A program made the position numbers and the translations under genes. Under the pieces are notes generated by a model. The model was not told the DNA's origin. It did not search any database and worked only from the letters and a program-made list of their open reading frames with translations. From an uncultured bacterium (GTDB lineage Bacteria; Patescibacteriota; Minisyncoccia; Phycocordibacterales; UBA918), in NCBI GenBank assembly GCA_965652925.1, contig CBFGXL010000003.1, positions 9-64,008 of the forward strand: a stretch of DNA of 64,000 nt, given 5' to 3'. Shown here piece after piece: positions 17,307 through 26,260 of the stretch. Every line of letters starts with the position of its first letter. Position 1 is the first letter of the stretch.

Positions 17307-18986
17307 ATGGAAATTTCCACTGATAATTTAGAAGAAATGCTTGTCCCGCCGGGACATATTACTGAAGAGCAGCTTCTTGCTGCAGTGACCGCTTCGGAGT
17401 ACAAACGTATTCCCTTAAAGGAAGAGCTCATTGAAGAAGGTCTGGTCACGGATGTTAATCTTGGGAGAACCATTGCTGATTTCTTCGACTGTCGGTTCAT
17501 CGACCTTGCTGAACTTTTGCTGAAAGATGAATATCTGCCGTATATTCCTGAAATAGTTGCTCGTGCGCAAAGAGCTGTCGTGTTCGGTGTGACTGATACA
17601 TCTGTTCAAGTTGCTACAGAGAATATCGACAACTATGAGTTCTTCAGACTTTTGGAGAAGAAGACAGGAAAAGAGGTGGATGTGTATTACGCAACCACTC
17701 GTGGGTTAGATCGCGCCCTTAAGCATTATAAAGGTGATCTCAATGGAAAGATCATTTCTCTTATACAGACCAGTTTACAAGACCAGCAGGATGGAGATAT
17801 TGTGCGGCTCGTGGATCTTTTCCTTGAATACGCAAGCGACAATCGCGCCTCAGACATTCATATTGAGCCGCTTGAAGAGGAGATACTCATACGGTTCCGT
17901 GTTGACGGCATATTGCACGAGGCTGTGCGGTATCCTAAAGTGCTGCATGAAAAGGTCATCTTCCGCATCAAGATTATGGCACATATGCAGACAGACGAGC
18001 ATGCTGCAGCACAAGACGGACGTTTTGAATACAAAGGTGCTGACAGTATATTTGATGTTCGTGTTTCTATATTGCCTATAACAGACGGTGAAAATGTGGT
18101 TATGCGTCTTTTGGACTCGCGTACACATCGTTACTCGCTTGAGAATCTTGGTCTTGGTGAAAGTGACTATAACAAGATCATCAATGCTATTGAAAAGCCT
18201 CATGGCATGATCATGGCGGTAGGACCAACCGGCTCCGGCAAGACCACTGTGCTGTACACCATACTGGAGAAACTCAACAGCAGTGAGGTCAATATCATGA
18301 CCATTGAAGACCCGGTTGAGTACGATATCGAAGGCGTGCAACAAACACAGGTCAACCCTAAAAAGAATCTCACGTTTGCAACCGGTTTGCGATCGATCGT
18401 CCGGCAAGACCCGGACATCATCATGGTGGGAGAGATCCGTGATGAGGAAACAGCTGACATTTCAATCAACTCGGCGCTTACCGGACATTTGGTCATTTCA
18501 ACATTGCACACGAATGATGCTGCAACTACCTTTCCGCGACTTATGGAAATGAATGTGGAGCCATTCCTCATTGCGTCATCAGTTAATGTCATTATTGCGC
18601 TCCGACTGGTGCGAAAGATATGCACTCACTGTAAGGAGAGTTACTTGCCGACTAAAACAGAGCTGCAGCTTTTGCAGCTTGATGACCATATTGTGGAGTT
18701 CATCACTCGTATTGGCGGTAGCAAGGATCTGACCAAACTACGATTGTACCGGGGTGTCGGCTGCAAGATGTGCCGCAATTCAGGCTTCAGCGAGCGGGGA
18801 GGTATTTTCGAGGTACTCGAAGTTGATGAGGACATACGCCTCCTTATAACGCAAAAGGCATCGGCAGAAATGATCAATCAAAAGGCAATAGAAAAAGGAA
18901 TGACCACGCTGTTGTACGACGGCATTGTTAAAGCCCTTAATGGTACAACAACGCTTGAAGAGGTAATGAAGGTGGCACGCACATAA
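17307..18986 (+). CDS. pilB: Type IV pilus assembly / type II secretion ATPase PilB/GspE
   Basis: T2SSE_N-like N-domain; Walker A GPTGSGKTT; Asp and His boxes; tetracysteine motif CTHC...CKMCRNSGF. Confidence 0.9.
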   Translation: MEISTDNLEEMLVPPGHITEEQLLAAVTASEYKRIPLKEELIEEGLVTDVNLGRTIADFFDCRFIDLAELLLKDEYLPYIPEIVARAQRAVVFGVTDTSVQVATENIDNYEFFRLLEKKTGKEVDVYYATTRGLDRALKHYKGDLNGKIISLIQTSLQDQQDGDIVRLVDLFLEYASDNRASDIHIEPLEEEILIRFRVDGILHEAVRYPKVLHEKVIFRIKIMAHMQTDEHAAAQDGRFEYKGADSIFDVRVSILPITDGENVVMRLLDSRTHRYSLENLGLGESDYNKIINAIEKPHGMIMAVGPTGSGKTTVLYTILEKLNSSEVNIMTIEDPVEYDIEGVQQTQVNPKKNLTFATGLRSIVRQDPDIIMVGEIRDEETADISINSALTGHLVISTLHTNDAATTFPRLMEMNVEPFLIASSVNVIIALRLVRKICTHCKESYLPTKTELQLLQLDDHIVEFITRIGGSKDLTKLRLYRGVGCKMCRNSGFSERGGIFEVLEVDEDIRLLITQKASAEMINQKAIEKGMTTLLYDGIVKALNGTTTLEEVMKVART

Positions 18987-18989
18987 CAT

Positions 18990-20039
18990 ATGCTCGGTTC
19001 AATTTCTATTCAGCATCGCGTCGATTTTGCCAAAAACTTGGCAATTATGCTTCGTAGCGGTATAGCCATCAATGATGCGCTTACTTCATTGGGAGAGCAG
19101 AGTGAATCTTCGCGCCTGCGCAGGATTATTTTTAAGGTTCGTGACGATATCGAAAATGGGACATCGCTGTCTGCCGCCTTCGCGAAGGAGGTGCATGTTT
19201 TTGGGCAGATATTTGTCAGTATGATCAAAGCCGGAGAGCAGAGCGGTACGCTGCAAGGGAATCTGCAATTCCTCTCAGACTGGCTTTCACGGAGTGCAGA
19301 TCTCAAACGTGAGGTTTCAGCAGCGACACTGTATCCAAAAATGGTCTTTGGCGCGTCGGTTGTCCTTGGTGGGGGGCTTGCGGTATTCATACTTCCCATG
19401 CTTGTGCCACTGTTTACCGGTCTTGATGTGGAGCTTCCACTGCTTACACGAGTATTGCTTGCCTTGTCTTTGTTTGTGCAGGAATACTGGTTCTGGTGCA
19501 TTGTCGGCACAATTGCCGCGATCGCTGCGCTCATTTACAGCAATACCTTTGCGCCGGTGAAATTCCTCTTTCATCTTTTATATATTCGTATGCCGTTCCT
19601 TGGGAAACTCATGCGCCAGTATCAGCTCGCACTTATCACACAGTTGTTTGCAACACTGCTCAAAAGTGGCTTATCGCTCAATGAGTCTGTTGAGATCGTC
19701 TCTCAAGCAGCAACGAATGTGCATTATCAAAATGCGCTCCGTGAGGTCAAGTCTGCAACTGAAAAAGGGACGACGTTGTCAGAGACCATGCGTGACTTCC
19801 CACAGATGTTTCCGGTGATCGCTGTTAATATCATTGCCATTGGCGAAAAAAGTGGAACGCTATCGAATTCACTCGATTATCTTTCGGATTTTTATACCAA
19901 AGAGGTGAATGTGCAGGCACGCAAACTGCCGACCATCATTGAGCCGCTGTTGCTTATTTTTATTGCGGTTATCGTCGGTTTTGTTGCGCTTGCGATCATC
20001 ATGCCAATCTATGAGCTTACCGGAAATATCTCACGTTAA
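18990..20039 (+). CDS. pilC: Type IV pilus inner-membrane platform protein PilC/GspF
   Basis: Two T2SSF-like repeats with conserved segments (AIMLRSGIAINDAL, ATLLKSGLSLNESV) and three TM regions. Confidence 0.85.
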   Translation: MLGSISIQHRVDFAKNLAIMLRSGIAINDALTSLGEQSESSRLRRIIFKVRDDIENGTSLSAAFAKEVHVFGQIFVSMIKAGEQSGTLQGNLQFLSDWLSRSADLKREVSAATLYPKMVFGASVVLGGGLAVFILPMLVPLFTGLDVELPLLTRVLLALSLFVQEYWFWCIVGTIAAIAALIYSNTFAPVKFLFHLLYIRMPFLGKLMRQYQLALITQLFATLLKSGLSLNESVEIVSQAATNVHYQNALREVKSATEKGTTLSETMRDFPQMFPVIAVNIIAIGEKSGTLSNSLDYLSDFYTKEVNVQARKLPTIIEPLLLIFIAVIVGFVALAIIMPIYELTGNISR

Positions 20040-20460
20040 AGGATTCACACTCGCCGAACTTCTTGTGGTTGTTGCGCTTATGCTTGTTGTGGGCATGTTC
20101 ATGTTTCCGCTTGGAATACAGTTCTACCGTTCACAGATGCTCAATGAAAGTTCTGAGGGTATTTCTTCGGCATTGCGTCGCGCTCAGCATCTATCTCGAA
20201 CAGGTGCATATGACAGTACCTTCGGCGTGCGTGTGATTGATGGCGGCTACGTGCTCTTTTCTGGCGAGACCTATGATTCAAGAGATGTCACCCAAGATGA
20301 ATCACATTCGCTCCCCGCAACTATAAGCATCACTGGGTTGCAGGAGGTGTCATTTGAACTGTTTACCGGCAATCCCTCAGCAACCGGCACCCTTACTGTG
20401 CAGACAGATACCGCTGAAGCCTCAGTGACTGTTCAGGATTCAGGCTTTATTGTGCAATAA
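20011..20460 (+). CDS. Prepilin-type N-terminal cleavage/methylation domain protein (pseudopilin/minor pilin)
   Basis: Class III signal peptide ..HVKGFTLAELLVVVALMLVV with Glu at +5. Start set at the ATG overlapping the pilC 3' end by 29 nt; the upstream part of the six-frame ORF looks non-coding. Confidence 0.6.
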   Translation: MSLPEISHVKGFTLAELLVVVALMLVVGMFMFPLGIQFYRSQMLNESSEGISSALRRAQHLSRTGAYDSTFGVRVIDGGYVLFSGETYDSRDVTQDESHSLPATISITGLQEVSFELFTGNPSATGTLTVQTDTAEASVTVQDSGFIVQ

Positions 20461-20466
20461 ATAGTT

Positions 20467-21261
20467 ATGCTTTATGAACGCCACAACCGCGGACAGTCAC
20501 TTATAGAAATGCTTTTTGCCGTTGCAGTCTTCACCATTGGGGTGGTGACCATTGGGTATCTCGTCTTTGATTCTTTTACTTCATTACGCTTCGGGAAAGA
20601 AACGATGCAGGCACGCCTTCTGGCGAGTGAGGGTCTTGAAGCGGTGCGCACGATCTATGAAGATGATTTTGCGCTGCTTGAGAGTGGGACGTATGGACTT
20701 GCACTCCAAAATGGTGTTTGGGAATTTTCGTCCTCAACAGAGGAGATCGGTATTTTTACACGCACAATTGTTATCACAGAAAGAGATCAAGAAATGAGAG
20801 ATGTTACAGCAACGGTTGCATGGGGAGAGGCCCCACGAGAAAAAAGTTTTGCACTGTCAACTATATTTACCAACTGGGAACAAGAAAGCGAAGACGCGGC
20901 CTTTCTTGAAGTTGATATAAACAATGCTTCTCTTATTTCCTCAAGCACTGTGCTTACAGGGGTAGCTTTGCGCAATACAGGAGCAGAAGATGTCATTGTT
21001 ACACAAATGAAAGCACAATGGGGAAATGAGGAGACTTTTTCAGACATAGTCATCAGAGGAACAACCGTCATGTCTGCCTCAACCTCTCCTGCAGCGGTTT
21101 CAGATGAGACCGTAAATATCACTGACTATGTGGTAGGTTCGGGCACAGGGTATCATTTGATCGACAGCATGGTCTTCAGTGGCGACATGTCGGAGACTAA
21201 TCTTCTTCTGACATTTATACTCGCTGACGGCAGTAAAAAACACGCATTTGTCGTATGGTAA
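20467..21261 (+). CDS. Prepilin-type N-terminal domain protein (minor pilin, large C-terminal domain)
   Basis: N-terminus RGQSLIEMLFAVAVFTIGVV, a GxxxE-type prepilin leader with a hydrophobic helix. Confidence 0.6.
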   Translation: MLYERHNRGQSLIEMLFAVAVFTIGVVTIGYLVFDSFTSLRFGKETMQARLLASEGLEAVRTIYEDDFALLESGTYGLALQNGVWEFSSSTEEIGIFTRTIVITERDQEMRDVTATVAWGEAPREKSFALSTIFTNWEQESEDAAFLEVDINNASLISSSTVLTGVALRNTGAEDVIVTQMKAQWGNEETFSDIVIRGTTVMSASTSPAAVSDETVNITDYVVGSGTGYHLIDSMVFSGDMSETNLLLTFILADGSKKHAFVVW

Positions 21262-21776
21262 GTTTCATGCACAGAGTACCTCAAAAAAAAGGATTTACGC
21301 TTATTGAGTTTCTGCTCTATATTGCGCTTTCATCCTTGATGATTATTGTGCTCGGCGGTATCGGTATGCATGTTCTTGCTAGCCGCGCGAAGGCACATGC
21401 ACAGGTGGAACTCCAATACAGTGCGGAATTTGCTATGGAAGAATTAGCTTCGCTTGTCGCTGCTTCCGAGTTAATAAATGACCCTGCTGTGGGAAACGAA
21501 GGGGAAAGTCTTACACTTTCTTTTGCAGAAACGGCACTTGATCCAACAATCGTATATGTGGAGAATTCTCGTTTGTATGTACAACAAGGTGCTTCAGACC
21601 CAGTGCCCCTTATCGATGGATCGGTCTTTGTTGCAGCGCATACGTTTACAAACGTTACTCGCACAGACGGCGCTGGCGCAGTGAGACTATTCCTGCAGCT
21701 TGAAACTTCTGGTGAAGGTGACAGAAATGCAGAATTCGGCAGTTCAACGTTTTATACGACGTTTAGTATAGAATAA
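21255..21776 (+). CDS. Prepilin-type N-terminal domain protein (minor pilin)
   Basis: N-terminus QKKGFTLIEFLLYIALSSLMIIV. Overlaps the previous gene by 7 nt. Confidence 0.65.
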   Translation: MVSFMHRVPQKKGFTLIEFLLYIALSSLMIIVLGGIGMHVLASRAKAHAQVELQYSAEFAMEELASLVAASELINDPAVGNEGESLTLSFAETALDPTIVYVENSRLYVQQGASDPVPLIDGSVFVAAHTFTNVTRTDGAGAVRLFLQLETSGEGDRNAEFGSSTFYTTFSIE

Positions 21777-21781
21777 ATACC

Positions 21782-22177
21782 ATGGGCAATATTCGCGGAT
21801 TCATAGCACTTACATCGGTATTGATACTCTCTGCAATTTTCCTATCCATCACTATAAGTATTGCTTCGCGAGCAATATCATCTTCATCAATACAGATCGC
21901 ATTCCAAGAACGCGACAATGCAAAATATAATGCAGAAGGCTGTCTGTCTTACGCACTAATGGAATTGCAACGGACCTTCGAATATGTGGGTGATGAGGGT
22001 ATACTGGTGGGCAACGGTACCTGCAATATTCTGTCTCTGTCAGAGGATGCTACCCAGCCTCGGACTGTACAGGTAGAAAGTACTGTGGGGAATCATACAT
22101 ACCGGCTAGAGGCAGATATTGCTGAAGTGGCACCACAGGTATATGTCACTTCAATTGAACGGGTTGAGACTTTTTAA
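21782..22177 (+). CDS. Hypothetical pilin-like protein with atypical leader (RGFIALTSVLIL)
   Basis: N-terminal hydrophobic helix after Gly, but no Glu at +5. Position within the pilus gene run suggests a minor pilin or pilus-tip component. Confidence 0.35.
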   Translation: MGNIRGFIALTSVLILSAIFLSITISIASRAISSSSIQIAFQERDNAKYNAEGCLSYALMELQRTFEYVGDEGILVGNGTCNILSLSEDATQPRTVQVESTVGNHTYRLEADIAEVAPQVYVTSIERVETF

Positions 22178-22178
22178 T

Positions 22179-23474
22179 ATGAAACATACACGGTTGATCG
22201 GAGTAGATATAAGCGACGCATCACTGAAGGTTCTTCAGCTGAGCAATGATGGAGTCATACTTGCATATGGTACTGCCTTGGTTCCTTCAGGGGTGATTGA
22301 GAACGGACGTATCGTCAATAAAGAAGCATTCGCAGCAGCGCTGAAGGGCTTGCTTCAACAGACCAAACCAAATGTGTTGCTCGATGGAAACAGTATTATC
22401 CGCACCGTCTTGTGTCTGCCGGAGTCAAAGCTGTTTACGCATTCACTTGTGATACCTGAAGGAACAAAAAGAAATGACATGCGCAGAGTGGTTGAAGAAG
22501 AGGCACGGAAGATCATTCCATATGAATTAGAACGGATGTACTGGGATTTCCACACTGCAGTCAAACTCGGGAAGACCTTCGCTACCTTTGTGGGAGTGGC
22601 AAAGTCTGATCTTGATAACTTTGTTGAAGCTTTCAGTTCTGCCCATGCACAGCCTGCGTTTATTGGAGGCGAATTGTTTGCGCTCGGACACGCTCTTCTC
22701 GAGGATCAGTTCAAAGGAAATTGCATCGTTGTTGATATGGGTCAGCACAGTACAACCATTGGTTTGTTTGCAGCAGATGTGATGCCAGACATGTCGGTGG
22801 TAGTCCCGTGTGCCGGAGATTCATTTACCCAGGCGATTGCAACAAAACTCGGTGTGGGTATGGAGGAAGCGGAGAAACAGAAGCGTATGTACGGGGTGCT
22901 CAGTGCACATGAGAAAACTGGCGTACCTGGTGAGCTGCGCACTTGCCTCAAGCAGATTACCGATGAGGTCAAGGCTATGAAATCCTTTTTTGAAAAACGA
23001 TATGAATTGTCAATTGATCATATCGTCCTTTCGGGAGGTTCGGCCCTTCTGCCGGGAATTGTGGAGCTGATGCAGGAAGAGACAGGGATTGCGTCGTACT
23101 TGGCTGATCCGTTAGTGAAAGTCAAAGGCCATGAAGTACTCGGTTCAGGAACCCCAGGCATTCTTTTTGCAAATGTCATTGGTCTGGCGCTCTATGCAAA
23201 GCAAAAACGAAGAGGCGACATCAACCTTCTTGGAAATTACCGGTATGAAGAAGGGGAAGCAAAAAAGGAACTGCCAAGCATTCAGGATATTCGATCCTTG
23301 GGTGATTTGTACTATTTTTTGTATAGCAATATCCAGAATATCAGGAATTTTCTCGATGATCGGAGTGATTCATTTAAAAAAAAGGTCACTATACCTGTTC
23401 AGCTCATACTGAGTCTGCTGTTTCTTGCAGCAACGCTCGTATTTCTTGGTTGGGTTATGCTCACTTACATGTAA
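22179..23474 (+). CDS. pilM: Type IV pilus assembly protein PilM (actin-like ATPase fold) with C-terminal TM segment (PilM-PilN-like fusion)
   Basis: N-terminus LIGVDISDASLKVLQL and the overall fold-signature pattern of PilM/FtsA-like proteins. C-terminal extension of about 80 aa ending in the TM helix VQLILSLLFLAATLVFLGWVML. Start set at the internal ATG (MKHTRL). Confidence 0.7.
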   Translation: MKHTRLIGVDISDASLKVLQLSNDGVILAYGTALVPSGVIENGRIVNKEAFAAALKGLLQQTKPNVLLDGNSIIRTVLCLPESKLFTHSLVIPEGTKRNDMRRVVEEEARKIIPYELERMYWDFHTAVKLGKTFATFVGVAKSDLDNFVEAFSSAHAQPAFIGGELFALGHALLEDQFKGNCIVVDMGQHSTTIGLFAADVMPDMSVVVPCAGDSFTQAIATKLGVGMEEAEKQKRMYGVLSAHEKTGVPGELRTCLKQITDEVKAMKSFFEKRYELSIDHIVLSGGSALLPGIVELMQEETGIASYLADPLVKVKGHEVLGSGTPGILFANVIGLALYAKQKRRGDINLLGNYRYEEGEAKKELPSIQDIRSLGDLYYFLYSNIQNIRNFLDDRSDSFKKKVTIPVQLILSLLFLAATLVFLGWVMLTYM

Positions 23475-23479
23475 AATAT

Positions 23480-23944
23480 ATGCATATGCCAATATCCACA
23501 CACAGAGGGTTTACACTTATTGAAGTGCTTTTGGTGATCGCTATTTTGGCAATACTTGCGGCTATCGTTATCATTGCCATTAATCCTGCAAAACAGTTTG
23601 CGAGCGCACGTGATGCGCAGCGCCAGAGCGACGTTTATTCTATTATGAATGCGCTTCATCAGTACGCGCTCGATAATGAAGGAGCATTTCCTGATGCCCT
23701 TACTACTGAGGAACTTGAGATTTGTCGAACTGACAGTGAGTCGTGCACAGACCTGTATGATCTCTCAGAACTTACTGATGGTCAGATCTATCTGGTTTCG
23801 ATGCCACTTGACCCGCAATGTCCATCTTCAAGCGCCAACTGTGCGGAGAACGGCACGGGGTATTTTGTCGGCCTTACAGACGGAGGCCGTGTAACGGTCA
23901 GCGCGTACGGCGCCGAGGATGGGGATATAAGTATTACTCGCTAA
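23480..23944 (+). CDS. Type IV major pilin (PilA-like), paralog 1
   Basis: Leader ..HRGFTLIEVLLVIAILAILAAIVIIAINP, a classic type IVa prepilin; C-terminal globular domain with 4 Cys. Start at the first in-frame ATG (MHMPIS); the six-frame ORF begins at an upstream TTG. Confidence 0.8.
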   Translation: MHMPISTHRGFTLIEVLLVIAILAILAAIVIIAINPAKQFASARDAQRQSDVYSIMNALHQYALDNEGAFPDALTTEELEICRTDSESCTDLYDLSELTDGQIYLVSMPLDPQCPSSSANCAENGTGYFVGLTDGGRVTVSAYGAEDGDISITR

Positions 23945-24014
23945 ATAAGGGGATAATGCTCATTGCCTCAGGTCGCGGGAGCTTATATACTTCAATAGTT
24001 ACTTTTTACTCGAA

Positions 24015-24503
24015 ATGTACATGACTACACCTCGTGCGTTTTTAGCCCGCAGATCATCAGGATTTACACTTATTGAAGTGCTTTTGGTGATCGCTATTTT
24101 GGCCATTCTAGCTGCTGTGGTTATTGTTGCTATAAATCCGGCAAAACAATTCGGAGAAGCTCAGAATGCACAGCGAAGAAGCGATGTCCGTTCAATACTT
24201 GATGCGGTGCACCAATACAGTATTGATAACTATGGATCACTGCCATCTGAGGAGATCCCATCTGGTAGCACTTGTTCTGTTGACGGAGCAGAAATATGCA
24301 TCGCCAACATTAGCTGTGCCGGGGTCAGTCTTGATGAACTAGTCAATGATGAGATTTATCTCACCAGCATTCCGACGGACCCGTCAGGGGCAACCGATGA
24401 AGGAACTGGTTATTACATCATGGAGAATGGAAGTGGGCGGGTCTCAGTATGTGCTTCAGCTTCCTCAACGTACGGAAATATTGATATAAGCGTAACACGT
24501 TGA
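24015..24503 (+). CDS. Type IV major pilin (PilA-like), paralog 2
   Basis: Leader ..SSGFTLIEVLLVIAILAILAAVVIVAINP, near-identical to the N-terminal helix of paralog 1. Divergent C-terminal domain with 4 Cys. Confidence 0.8.
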   Translation: MYMTTPRAFLARRSSGFTLIEVLLVIAILAILAAVVIVAINPAKQFGEAQNAQRRSDVRSILDAVHQYSIDNYGSLPSEEIPSGSTCSVDGAEICIANISCAGVSLDELVNDEIYLTSIPTDPSGATDEGTGYYIMENGSGRVSVCASASSTYGNIDISVTR

Positions 24504-24892
24504 TACAGGGCATGATCGGCAATGTGCTAGCAAAAATACTTTCACTTGCTCTTGTTATTACAGCCTGCATGCTGGTTCTTTCTTTTAGTGTGCACTCACT
24601 TCAAGTAGAACACATACATCCAGGCGGAGATGCTCATACTCAGGGGAAGGTTGAGGTACTTGGGGAATACATGCACGTAGCAGAGAAAAAGTTATTTTTC
24701 TATACGATTTTGGGCTTCTTGCTTTTTGGAACGTTTTTACTTACTGATACAAAGAGCAATGCGAAGGCAATGTTACATTTTATAACGCTTCATGTCTTCA
24801 AATATAGATTCCTTGTTTTTGTTGGCTTGCGACTCTTCAGTTACTTCCGTCTTCTCCTCATGCGTGGCATTTTGAATCCAAAACTATTTTAA
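24500..24892 (+). CDS. Hypothetical membrane protein
   Basis: Three predicted TM helices; no recognisable motif. Follows the pilin genes. Confidence 0.3.
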   Translation: MIQGMIGNVLAKILSLALVITACMLVLSFSVHSLQVEHIHPGGDAHTQGKVEVLGEYMHVAEKKLFFYTILGFLLFGTFLLTDTKSNAKAMLHFITLHVFKYRFLVFVGLRLFSYFRLLLMRGILNPKLF

Positions 24893-24955
24893 CGTTACAA
24901 AACTCTCCACAGAAAGAAGTTTCTTTATAATCGTTAAAATAATTCAATTAAATAT

Positions 24956-25561
24956 ATGCCTACCACACTTACCTTACGTGTTTTAACTGTAACTTTACTC
25001 TTGTCTTTTGCTTTTCTCGTGACTGTACCTTTAGTTTTTGCTGACCATGGTGATACTGAAGAGTCTGTAAGTCATGCGACAACAGCTCACGATCATGACG
25101 AAGATGAGACAGAGGATAGTGATCCAAAGCTTGTTGCAATGAAGGCTCAGCTTGAAGTCCTCCGTCAGGTCGTCGCACAGCTTGTTGCAGCTGCGCAAGG
25201 TAACAGCTCAGTCGAAGCTGAACATTCCCATGATGAGTTGTACGAAATGGATGAAAATATCCCTACACTTGAGATAGAAATCATTCCCGGTAAAGTTGGC
25301 TATGCGGTGCACGCAGAGACTACAAACTTCACTTTTTCTCCCGAACATGCGGATGGAACTCATGTAGATAATGAGGGTCATGCGCATATTTATCTCGATG
25401 ACGTTAAGATCAGCCGAATGTATGGACCTTGGTTTTATCTCGGAGAGATAAAAGAAAAAGGAGCTCATACAGTGCGTGTAGAACTTTCGACCAATGACCA
25501 CCATGCGTATGGCCATGATGGAGAGAAGATAGATGATTCAGTTGTAATTGAAGTAAAATAA
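24956..25561 (+). CDS. Secreted His/Asp-rich putative metal-binding protein
   Basis: Signal peptide (..VPLVFA/DHGD); His-rich acidic stretch SHATTAHDHDEDETEDSD; several HxH and H-x-x-x-H pairs in the C-terminal beta-rich domain. Directly upstream of the YcnI-like gene. Confidence 0.45.
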   Translation: MPTTLTLRVLTVTLLLSFAFLVTVPLVFADHGDTEESVSHATTAHDHDEDETEDSDPKLVAMKAQLEVLRQVVAQLVAAAQGNSSVEAEHSHDELYEMDENIPTLEIEIIPGKVGYAVHAETTNFTFSPEHADGTHVDNEGHAHIYLDDVKISRMYGPWFYLGEIKEKGAHTVRVELSTNDHHAYGHDGEKIDDSVVIEVK

Positions 25562-25562
25562 T

Positions 25563-26240
25563 ATGCAAGTAGTTTTCTTGAGAACCGTACCCGTTATTCT
25601 CCTGTTATTGTTGCTGTTGCCGATGTATGCGTCTGCACATGAGACTCGGATGTACGATATCAACGGTGTGGAGTATGAGTTTGTTGTTGGCTCACTTAAT
25701 GAGCCGGTTATTGTTGATGATAAAACGGGTGTGTCTGTTGAAATTGTGCGTGATGGAGCTTTTCTTGTTGGTGCGCAGGACATGCTTCAGGTTGAAATGA
25801 TAGCAGGCGATAAAAGCAAAGTAGTAAGTCTCAGCCCAGTGTACGGATACGAAGGACAATATAAGTCAAATTTCATTGCAACAGTTCCAACTACGCTTAC
25901 GTATCGAGTATTCGGAACTCTTGAGAACACTCCTGTTGATCTTTCGTTCACTTGCAACCCTGCCGGCCATCCGCAATCTGAAGAAGACACAAGCCGTACA
26001 GAAATAAGTGATAATGTCTTCCAGACACTCAAGCGCGGTTCATTTGGCTGCCCACAACCTAAAGAAGCGTACGGATTCCCTGAAGAAACACCAAGTTCAT
26101 TCGAGATACAACAGGCAGTTGCACAAACAGCACAAGATCAAAGCGAAACAAAAACAGACGAATTTCCGTTTACCACACTAGCGGTACTACTCTCTGTGTT
26201 GGCCTGCACGATCTCAGTGTTCACTCTCCGCAAAAAATAA
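25563..26240 (+). CDS. YcnI-like (DUF1775) extracytoplasmic copper-binding protein with C-terminal TM anchor
   Basis: Signal peptide cleaved to expose an N-terminal His (..YASA/HETR), as in histidine-brace copper proteins. C-terminal TM helix TLAVLLSVLACTISVF matches YcnI topology. Sits 21 nt upstream of the CopC-CopD fusion. Confidence 0.55.
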   Translation: MQVVFLRTVPVILLLLLLLPMYASAHETRMYDINGVEYEFVVGSLNEPVIVDDKTGVSVEIVRDGAFLVGAQDMLQVEMIAGDKSKVVSLSPVYGYEGQYKSNFIATVPTTLTYRVFGTLENTPVDLSFTCNPAGHPQSEEDTSRTEISDNVFQTLKRGSFGCPQPKEAYGFPEETPSSFEIQQAVAQTAQDQSETKTDEFPFTTLAVLLSVLACTISVFTLRKK

Positions 26241-26260
26241 CAGCATATAATCAAACAATT

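Noticed and set aside
19909-20010. 5' extension of the pseudopilin ORF (MCRHANCRPSLSRCCLFLLRL...)
   Set aside because: It overlaps the pilC C-terminus in another frame and has a Cys/Arg/Leu-rich non-protein-like composition. A proper prepilin leader begins at the ATG at 20011.
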